Notes under the pieces: generated by a model | Seen by the model: only the letters and a program-made list of their open reading frames with translations | Database searches by the model: none | What the model was told of the DNA's origin: nothing | Shown: positions 17,493 through 24,346 of the stretch, piece after piece | Layout: each line of letters starts with the position of its first letter | Position numbering within the stretch: position 1 is the stretch's first letter | From: a virus | Taxonomy: Duplodnaviria > Caudoviricetes | Strand: one strand, 5' to 3' | DNA length: 24,346 nucleotides | Virus record (IMG/VR): IMGVR_UViG_3300036398_001775 | Location: 1 to 24,346 of that record | Program-made: the position numbers and the translations under genes

Positions 17493-17837
17493 ATGACACA
17501 AGAACAAAAAAATATGATAAAAAGCATAGTCAGAGAATATGTAATTCAATATGCAAAAGAAGGAAAAAAGCCGACCGGCGGATTAACTGGATGGTTTAGA
17601 GACCGTTGGGTTGATATTTCTCGTAAGAAAAAGGGGGGAGGACATCCAGAGTGTGGTGCATCTGCCGGTAGTAAATCTCGTAAAGGTGGAAAGAGGGCAT
17701 ATCCAAAATGTGTGCCAGCAGCAAAGGCGGCATCAATGTCAAAAAAACAAAAAAGAAGTGCTGTAACACGAAAGAGAAAAAAAGGTGCAACAGCTCGTGG
17801 TAAAGCAAAAATGGTTTCAACTCATGTAAAGGATTGA
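17493..17837 (+). CDS. Highly basic hypothetical protein
   Basis: GGLTGWFRDRWVD...CG...YPKCVP...KRSAVTRKR. Very Lys/Arg-rich after residue ~24. Confidence 0.75.
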   Translation: MTQEQKNMIKSIVREYVIQYAKEGKKPTGGLTGWFRDRWVDISRKKKGGGHPECGASAGSKSRKGGKRAYPKCVPAAKAASMSKKQKRSAVTRKRKKGATARGKAKMVSTHVKD

Positions 17838-17839
17838 TT

Positions 17840-18172
17840 ATGGAAATTGATAAAAAAATAGAAATGATACTTAAATTATTTGCTACATTTGCTGCAATCG
17901 GTGTTATATTATCCATATTCATAGGTACAAAAATCGAAGGCGATAATATAAGACAGTATACGAAAACCAAAGACAGTTTGGAGGCAGTGATAAACAAGTA
18001 TGAATTCGATTATGTTGAATTAAAAAAAAGAGCTGATAAACTCGATTCTCTTATTAAAGTTCGTAAAGATAGTATTCTGATAATAAAAGAAAGATTCTAT
18101 ATTTACAAAAACAGAGAAATAAAAAATCCAGATGAAGCTACAAAACTTATTAAAAACTTTTTGAATGAGTAA
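17840..18172 (+). CDS. N-terminal TM plus coiled-coil protein (i-spanin-like)
   Basis: ATG 17840 preferred over TTG 17834. TM LFATFAAIGVILSIFIG followed by a charged helical domain. Confidence 0.5.
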   Translation: MEIDKKIEMILKLFATFAAIGVILSIFIGTKIEGDNIRQYTKTKDSLEAVINKYEFDYVELKKRADKLDSLIKVRKDSILIIKERFYIYKNREIKNPDEATKLIKNFLNE

Positions 18173-18175
18173 TAT

Positions 18176-18547
18176 ATGAAATACGTTATAGCATTATTAT
18201 TTTCCCTTTCAACTGCTTTTGCTTCCGAAAAAGATTCTCTCGTTTGTTTTACAAAACCTGAAATAACTAAATTGTGGAATAAAATTCAACTCATACGAGA
18301 TTCAGTCGAATACCTAACCGCAGTCGTTAATGTCCAAGACACCGTAATAGATTTGTATGTTTCTAGATCAGAAATGTTTATACAACAATTAAAAAATCGT
18401 GATGAAGCACTTGCCGCTTGTAAAAAAAGAAGTGTGGAATTAGAAAAAATAATTGATGAACTTCAACCTCGTTGGTATGATAATAAATTTTTGTGGTTTC
18501 TAACAGGAGCCGCTTCTGTTGTTGGGATAATAGTGGTAACAAAATGA
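18176..18547 (+). CDS. Signal peptide + coiled coil + C-terminal TM protein (spanin-like partner)
   Basis: MKYVIALLFSLSTAFA|S SPase I-type signal. C-terminal PRWYDNKFLWFLTGAASVVGIIVV. Confidence 0.5.
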   Translation: MKYVIALLFSLSTAFASEKDSLVCFTKPEITKLWNKIQLIRDSVEYLTAVVNVQDTVIDLYVSRSEMFIQQLKNRDEALAACKKRSVELEKIIDELQPRWYDNKFLWFLTGAASVVGIIVVTK

Positions 18548-20130
18548 GTGTAGTTACAAAAAATTTAAAAGATATTATCAAAGAAGAATACGCAAAATGT
18601 GCTTCTAATCCTGTATATTTTATGAAAAGATATGCAAAGATTCAACATCCAACTCGTGGCAAAATACTGTTCGACCTATATCCGTTTCAGGAAAATGTTT
18701 TAAAAGAGTTCAATGATAATCGATGGAACATAGTCCTAAAATCTCGTCAGTTAGGAATATCAACGCTGATAGCTGGATATTCACTTTGGATGATGTTGTT
18801 CAATCAAGACAAGAATATTCTTGTTATTGCAACAAAACAAGAAACTGCTAAGAACTTGGTAACAAAAGTTCGTGTTATGTATGACAATCTTCCAAGTTGG
18901 TTGAAGACAGGAGTTCAAGAAGATAATAAACTTTCACTTCGATTCAAGAACGGTTCACAAATTAAAGCCGTTTCTGCTGCTGCTGACTCTGCTCGTTCTG
19001 AAGCACTTTCACTTTTGATTATAGATGAAGCCGCTTTTATTGATGACATAGATAGAATATGGGCATCTGCACAACAAACACTTGCAACAGGTGGAACTGC
19101 AATTATCAATTCCACACCGAATGGCGTTGGTAACTTTTACCATAAACAATGGGTAAAGTCAAAATTAGGTGAGAGTGCATTTAATCCAATAGAATTACTT
19201 TGGCAAGTTCATCCAGACCGTGATCAAAAATGGCGTGATGAACAAGATGTTCTTCTTGGTCCAGATATGGCAAAACAAGAATGTGATGGAAACTTTCTTG
19301 CATCTGGACGTTCTGTAATTGATGGTGAGTTAGTACAATGGTATAAGGAAACATATGTTTGTGATCCAAAAGAAAAAAGAGGATCTGAAGACGCTTATTG
19401 GATTTGGGAATATCCAGATTCTTCAAAAAATTATATTGTTGTTGCTGATGTTGCTCGTGGTGACGGAAATGATAATTCTGCATTTCATGTAATTGATATA
19501 GATAATCTTGAACAAGTTGCAGAATATCGTGGTAAACTTGATACAAAATCATATGGTAATATGTTAGTATCAGTTGCAACCGAATATAATGATGCAATGC
19601 TTGTTATTGAAAATGCTAATATTGGTTGGGCAGTAATTCAACAAGTTATAGATAGAGGTTATCCAAATTTGTATTACACTTATCGTGAAGATGGATATAT
19701 CGATCCATCCGTTCATATTCCAAAAGGATATGATATTAAAGATAAATCACAAATGGTTCCTGGATTTACTACAAGTTCTAAAACAAGACCACTTATTATA
19801 TCTAAATTGGAAACATATTTTCGTGAAAGAACACCAATAATAAAATCATCTAGATTAGCAGAAGAACTTTTCGTATTTGTATGGAATGGATCAAAAGCGG
19901 AGGCACAAAGTGGTTACACTGATGATTTGGTAATTTCATTTTCAATCGGATTGTGGGTTAGAGATACTGCAATAAAATTGCGTCAAGAGGGATTGGTACG
20001 AACAAGAATGGGATTGGATTATATTGGAAAGGGAAGTGCAATAAAATCCACAATACAAAATAAATTCGATGATGGGTGGTCTATGAAAGTTAGAGGAGGG
20101 GATGAAGATTTAACTTGGTTAATAAAGTAA
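18544..20130 (+). CDS. terL: Terminase large subunit (T4 gp17-like)
   Basis: ATG 18544 in an ATGA overlap with the upstream stop. Adenine-binding LYPFQ, Walker A KSRQLGIS, Walker B LLIIDEAAF, coupling motif STPNG, nuclease ADVARGDGND...IENAN...DDLV. Confidence 0.95.
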   Translation: MSVVTKNLKDIIKEEYAKCASNPVYFMKRYAKIQHPTRGKILFDLYPFQENVLKEFNDNRWNIVLKSRQLGISTLIAGYSLWMMLFNQDKNILVIATKQETAKNLVTKVRVMYDNLPSWLKTGVQEDNKLSLRFKNGSQIKAVSAAADSARSEALSLLIIDEAAFIDDIDRIWASAQQTLATGGTAIINSTPNGVGNFYHKQWVKSKLGESAFNPIELLWQVHPDRDQKWRDEQDVLLGPDMAKQECDGNFLASGRSVIDGELVQWYKETYVCDPKEKRGSEDAYWIWEYPDSSKNYIVVADVARGDGNDNSAFHVIDIDNLEQVAEYRGKLDTKSYGNMLVSVATEYNDAMLVIENANIGWAVIQQVIDRGYPNLYYTYREDGYIDPSVHIPKGYDIKDKSQMVPGFTTSSKTRPLIISKLETYFRERTPIIKSSRLAEELFVFVWNGSKAEAQSGYTDDLVISFSIGLWVRDTAIKLRQEGLVRTRMGLDYIGKGSAIKSTIQNKFDDGWSMKVRGGDEDLTWLIK

Positions 20131-20146
20131 TTTTCATTTTTTCATA

Positions 20147-20156
20147 CATATTTATA
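20147..20156 (+). promoter_or_regulatory. Candidate late promoter motif CATATTTATA upstream of portal
   Basis: Same core. SD-like AGGTG at 20181. Confidence 0.6.
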
Positions 20157-20189
20157 TTCATGTATAATACTATTAATAACAGGTGAAAA

Positions 20190-22082
20190 ATGGCAGAAAG
20201 AAAGTCATTATTTGATAGATTAAAAACCTTATTTTCTACAAATGTTGTTGTTAGAAATGTTGGTGGAAAACGATTAAAAGTTGTTGATACGGCTCGTTAT
20301 CAGGCCGATGGAAACCCACATACATCAAAAGTTATTGATAGATATGGTAGACTTCATGGAAGTAGGGGAACCCCAATATCTGTCTACAATCAATACAATT
20401 CTTTCTCTGCAACAAAAATAGACCTTTATACTGATTATGAAGCAATGGACACTGATGCCATTATTTCATCGGCTCTTGACATTTATTCCGATGAAAGTAC
20501 CCTAAAAAATGACATCGGTGATGTTCTAACAATTAGAACTGATAACGATAATATCCGTAAAATTCTTCGTAATCTTTTTTATGATATTCTTAATATAGAA
20601 TATAATCTGTGGCCTTGGGTTCGTAATTTATGTAAATACGGTGACTTTTATCTTTATCTTGATGTAAAAGAAGGATTAGGTATAACAAATGTTGTACCGT
20701 TCTCACCTTATGAAATGCAAAGAGAAGAAGGAACTGATCCAGAACATATCTATATGACAAAGTTTATCTATGAAGGTCCACTCGGAAAGGGTGAATTTCA
20801 GAATTATGAAATTGCACATTTTCGTTTAATGGGCGATACTAATTTTTTACCTTACGGTAAATCTATGGTAGAGGGTGCTCGTAAATTGTATAAACAATTA
20901 GTTCTCATGGAAGATGCTATGCTTATACATAGAATTATGAGGGCACCGGAAAAAAGAGTATTCAAAGTTGATATTGGAAATATACCGCCTGGTGAAGTAG
21001 ATACTTACATGGATCAAATAATGAAAAAGATGAAAAAAGTTCCTGTAATGAACGAACAAACCGGTGAGTATAATTTAAGATTTAATATGCAAAATTTATT
21101 AGAAGACTATTATCTTCCAGTAAGAGGTGCTCAATCAGCAACAAGTATAGATACTTTGCCAGGATTACAATATCAAGCAATAGAAGACGTTGAATATTTA
21201 AAAAGTAAAATATTTGCTGCTTTGAAAATACCAAAGGCGTTTTTAGGATATGACGAATCAACGGAAGGTAAGGCAACACTTGCGGCTCTTGATATTCGTT
21301 TTGCAAGAACAATAGAGAGAATACAAAGGATAGTAATATCAGAATTAACTAAAATTGCAATAGTTCATTTGTATTCACAAGGTTATGAGAATGCAGACCT
21401 TGTAAACTTTGAACTATCATTGACTAGTCCATCGATAGTATATGAACAAGAAAAAGTTGCTCTTATGAAAGAAAGAGTAGATTTGGCATCACAGTTGATA
21501 GAAAATAAATTATTCTCAATGAAGTACATATATTCAAACATATTCAATTTGTCTGATGATGAAGCAGAATTTGAAAGAAATGAAATATTAGAAGACATTA
21601 AACATAAATTCCGTCAATCACAAATTGAAAGTGAAGGAAATGATCCTGCAATAACTAAGGAATCATTTGGAACTCCACATGATATTGCAACAATGCATAC
21701 ATCCGGTGGTGGTTCTTCAAAGATGTACCAAATAAATGATAATGAAGTTCCAGATGGTGGATGGCCAGGTGCAGGTAGACCTGCAAAAAATCTTTCATAT
21801 TCTACCGATGATAGTCCATTTGGTCGTGATCCAATAGGAAAAAAAGATGTGGGAAATACATTAAAAACTAACAGAAGTATGAAACATAACTATAAGAACA
21901 ATTCCCCATTATCATTAGAAACAAAGATGATGTCACATGATGTTGATAAATTGATAGATAGTATGAACGGATTTAAAGTAAAAACAAAAAAAATTATATC
22001 GGAAAGTCTTAAACCTGTTAATTTTGATGAAGAAAATGAATCAAATTTATTAAATGAAAACAATTTATTGAAGGAATTGTAA
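20190..22082 (+). CDS. Portal protein (T4 gp20-like)
   Basis: QLVLMEDAMLIHRIMRAPEKRVFKVDIGNIP, EDYYLPVRG, IDTLPG and ALKIPK match T4 gp20 family motifs. Follows terL. Confidence 0.93.
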   Translation: MAERKSLFDRLKTLFSTNVVVRNVGGKRLKVVDTARYQADGNPHTSKVIDRYGRLHGSRGTPISVYNQYNSFSATKIDLYTDYEAMDTDAIISSALDIYSDESTLKNDIGDVLTIRTDNDNIRKILRNLFYDILNIEYNLWPWVRNLCKYGDFYLYLDVKEGLGITNVVPFSPYEMQREEGTDPEHIYMTKFIYEGPLGKGEFQNYEIAHFRLMGDTNFLPYGKSMVEGARKLYKQLVLMEDAMLIHRIMRAPEKRVFKVDIGNIPPGEVDTYMDQIMKKMKKVPVMNEQTGEYNLRFNMQNLLEDYYLPVRGAQSATSIDTLPGLQYQAIEDVEYLKSKIFAALKIPKAFLGYDESTEGKATLAALDIRFARTIERIQRIVISELTKIAIVHLYSQGYENADLVNFELSLTSPSIVYEQEKVALMKERVDLASQLIENKLFSMKYIYSNIFNLSDDEAEFERNEILEDIKHKFRQSQIESEGNDPAITKESFGTPHDIATMHTSGGGSSKMYQINDNEVPDGGWPGAGRPAKNLSYSTDDSPFGRDPIGKKDVGNTLKTNRSMKHNYKNNSPLSLETKMMSHDVDKLIDSMNGFKVKTKKIISESLKPVNFDEENESNLLNENNLLKEL

Positions 22083-22089
22083 TTTTTTT

Positions 22090-22099
22090 TATATTTATT
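22090..22099 (+). promoter_or_regulatory. Candidate late promoter motif TATATTTATT
   Basis: Same core, preceded by a T-run. Confidence 0.6.
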
Positions 22100-22135
22100 C
22101 TATGAAAGTGTAAATTTTATTGGACATCTGCAAAA

Positions 22136-22978
22136 ATGAAAAAAATAAAGCATTCAAAATTTAAAAACACTGCAATGTTATTTGAGCTATTAACGCGTCA
22201 AATAACATCTGATATTATTTCTTCAAATGAATCTGCCGCAATTCAGATACTAAAAAAACATTTTGGAAAAAATACAGAATTATTAAAAGAATATATTTTG
22301 TATAAGACACTTTGTGAAGAAAAATTAAAATCAGAAACTCGTGCAAATATGTTAATCGATGCTGCTATTAAATCCAAAAAAAATATTGATAGAAAAAAAT
22401 TAAATCAAGAAAAATATGATTTGATTAAAGCTATAAAAGAAAATTTTGATATTAATTTATTTTTTCAAACAAAAGTTCAAAACTATAAAATATTGGCATC
22501 AATATACAAATTATTTGAATATAAAGATTTAGACAATCCAATAGAGATTACAAAGTCAAGAATAACCTTAATAGAAACTATAACAACAAAAAATAACACC
22601 AAATTCTTAAATGAAATTTCTACAATAGAAAACCAACCGAAAGATGTTCGATTACTTTCTCAAAAATTATTAATAGAAAAGTTTAATAAAAAATACAGTG
22701 ATTTAAACGAACTTCAAAAAAATTTACTAAAAGAATATATTGGAAATGTTAGTAACACTAATAACTTAAAATCGTTTGTTCAGACAGAAGCATCAACTAT
22801 AAAAAATATATTCAAAAATAACATTTACAGAGTAAAAGATTCTTCTTTAAAGATAAAGTTAAACGAAGTAATAACATTATTAGATCAATATGATTCTATA
22901 AAGTTTGTGGATGAGAGTCACATATCCTCATTGCTTAGATATTATAGTATCATAGATGATTTAGATTGGAGTAAATAA
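22136..22978 (+). CDS. Hypothetical helical protein of the head module
   Basis: 280-aa ORF between portal and protease, starting MKKIKHSKFKNTAMLFELL. No catalytic motif seen. Confidence 0.75.
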   Translation: MKKIKHSKFKNTAMLFELLTRQITSDIISSNESAAIQILKKHFGKNTELLKEYILYKTLCEEKLKSETRANMLIDAAIKSKKNIDRKKLNQEKYDLIKAIKENFDINLFFQTKVQNYKILASIYKLFEYKDLDNPIEITKSRITLIETITTKNNTKFLNEISTIENQPKDVRLLSQKLLIEKFNKKYSDLNELQKNLLKEYIGNVSNTNNLKSFVQTEASTIKNIFKNNIYRVKDSSLKIKLNEVITLLDQYDSIKFVDESHISSLLRYYSIIDDLDWSK

Positions 22979-23292
22979 TGGGAAACCCAATACACCCTTA
23001 CAATTTTCCAGCGTCTCAGGCAAATGATTTTGAAAGAAAAGGACATCCTGGAAAATTTTTAAAATCAATATCATGTACAAGTGGAACAACTCACTTCACC
23101 GCTTCAGATTATGGTGCAGGTGGATTGATAGTTCCTACCTCAGCTGAAGGAACAGTAACTCTTTCAGGTGGTGGGGATATACCACTAGCAACACTTGCTG
23201 GATCTCAACGTATATTTGAATTTTCTGTAAAGTCGGTTAATGTTACAACCGGAACAGTTTATGTATTGATAAAAAATCAAATTTCTAAATAA
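22978..23292 (+). CDS. Hypothetical small beta-rich protein
   Basis: TAATG stop/start overlap and GGAG upstream. Confidence 0.7.
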   Translation: MGNPIHPYNFPASQANDFERKGHPGKFLKSISCTSGTTHFTASDYGAGGLIVPTSAEGTVTLSGGGDIPLATLAGSQRIFEFSVKSVNVTTGTVYVLIKNQISK

Positions 23293-23300
23293 GGACTAAT

Positions 23301-23825
23301 ATGAGTGCGAATGATTTTATCAAAAAAATAATTCAATCTGAAGACTTTAAAAAGTTCAAACAAGAGATGTATGAAAATGGCAATGTTACCGCAAATGTAG
23401 ACGGTTATCAGACCCCAAATGCTTTTGCTAAAAGTGAAGAAGAATTTGAAAAAACATCAAAAGATAGAATTGAAGTTTTTGGTTACAAAAAGGTAGAAAA
23501 AACTAAACCAAAACATTTTAAACCAGTCTATAAAGTTGAATCAAAATCAACATATAAAGAATTGATGGACATTTTAGGTGAAGTTTCTTACAAAGAATAT
23601 AAAACAGATGAAACCAAATCTGTCAATAGAAAAATAAATGATTCTATTAAAAACATAAATAGAACAATTTATGAAGTAGAAAGAGTTGTAGAACATGCAC
23701 TTAAATTAAAAACAGAAATGAACGTTGATCAAAGAACACTTTGGGGTTCATCTATGAATAGATTGAGAAAAATATCCGAAAGAATAAATAGAATTACAAA
23801 AAAGATAAATGAATTGGGTGCTTAA
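23301..23825 (+). CDS. Hypothetical charged coiled-coil protein, possible prohead core component
   Basis: SD AAGGA. Lys/Glu-rich. Immediately upstream of the protease, where T4 has core genes 67/68. Confidence 0.7.
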   Translation: MSANDFIKKIIQSEDFKKFKQEMYENGNVTANVDGYQTPNAFAKSEEEFEKTSKDRIEVFGYKKVEKTKPKHFKPVYKVESKSTYKELMDILGEVSYKEYKTDETKSVNRKINDSIKNINRTIYEVERVVEHALKLKTEMNVDQRTLWGSSMNRLRKISERINRITKKINELGA

Positions 23826-23827
23826 AA

Positions 23828-24346
23828 ATGAAAGAATTATTAATAGATACGATGTTGTTTAACGTCAGTCCACAACAAATAGCTGAAAGCCAGAATAGTA
23901 ATGGTAAAGTTATAGTATCTGGCGTTCTACAAAGAGCAGAAGCAAAAAACCAAAACGGTAGAGTATATCCGAAACAAATATTGATGCGAGAAGTAAAAAA
24001 ATATCAAGAGAATCAGATAAAAGAAAACCGTGCTCTTGGGGAATTGGATCATCCAGAATCTTCTGTAATAAATCTTCGTAACGTATCACACAATGTTTTG
24101 TCTGTGGAATGGAAGGGAAATGATGTTGTTGGAACAGTTGAAATATTACCAACACCGTCTGGAAATATATTAAAAGAATTATTAAAATGTGGTATAAGAT
24201 TGGGGATAAGTTCAAGGGGAATGGGAACTGTTGAAGAAATAAACGAAGGAACCGTTGAAGTACAAGATGATTTTGAATTGATAGGGTGGGATTTCGTTTC
24301 TAATCCATCAACTCATGGCGCATTCATGTACCCAAATAGAAGAAAT
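23828..24346 (+). CDS. Prohead core protease (T4 gp21-like), 3'-partial and absent from the ORF track
   Basis: Manual translation: MKELLIDTMLFNVSPQQIAES...NQNGRVYP...RALGELDHP...VSH...LPTPSG...LGISSRGMG...WDFVSNPSTHGAFM. No stop before the window end. Confidence 0.93.
   Translation, partial: MKELLIDTMLFNVSPQQIAESQNSNGKVIVSGVLQRAEAKNQNGRVYPKQILMREVKKYQENQIKENRALGELDHPESSVINLRNVSHNVLSVEWKGNDVVGTVEILPTPSGNILKELLKCGIRLGISSRGMGTVEEINEGTVEVQDDFELIGWDFVSNPSTHGAFMYPNRRN

Noticed and set aside
18493-18543. N-terminal extension of terminase in the ORF track
   Set aside because: It overlaps the upstream gene's TM-coding end. ATG 18544 in an ATGA overlap is the better start.
18544-22082. Introns or inteins in terminase or portal
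   Set aside because: Both ORFs are continuous, of ordinary length, and show no intein or homing-endonuclease motifs.
23910-24215. Minus-strand 101-aa ORF
   Set aside because: Antisense to the clearly recognisable prohead protease.
1-24346. Stop-codon reassignment (no called gene ends in TAG)
   Set aside because: Genes are intact under the standard code with no in-frame TAG or TGA. TAG scarcity among 20 stops is unremarkable in an AT-rich genome.
1-24346. Host assignment
   Set aside because: Spanin-like genes hint at a diderm host and several genes have SD sequences, but nothing in the window identifies a host taxon.

Overview
AT-rich, single-strand (+) gene-dense segment of a large tailed dsDNA phage with T4-like head assembly genes. 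Left (1-13429): a tail-fibre/adhesin cassette of three tandem paralogous fibre genes carrying proline-poor (Gly-Thr-Ser)n tracts and/or glycine-rich tip domains, a 28-repeat RCC1 beta-propeller protein, two glycosyltransferases (a TPR/GT-B FlmG-like protein and a GT-A protein) and a tail-fibre assembly chaperone. Middle (13431-18547): a degenerate nucleotidyltransferase-fold protein, a Cys-rich protein, and a putative lysis set (holin-like, M15 peptidase plus phosphodiester-glycosidase fusion, spanin-like pair) interleaved with very basic small proteins. Right (18544-end): large terminase, T4 gp20-like portal, three hypotheticals and a gp21-like prohead protease truncated by the window end. 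An ATATTTAT motif is present in all five intergenic gaps of 20 nt or more and is a candidate late promoter. The most interesting candidates are (i) a phage-encoded O-glycosylation system for Ser/Thr collagen-like fibres, (ii) a four-propeller RCC1 adhesin whose irregular linkers imply nested propellers, and (iii) shared capsid-targeting-like leaders on accessory proteins. All family calls come from motif recognition by eye, with no database searches.
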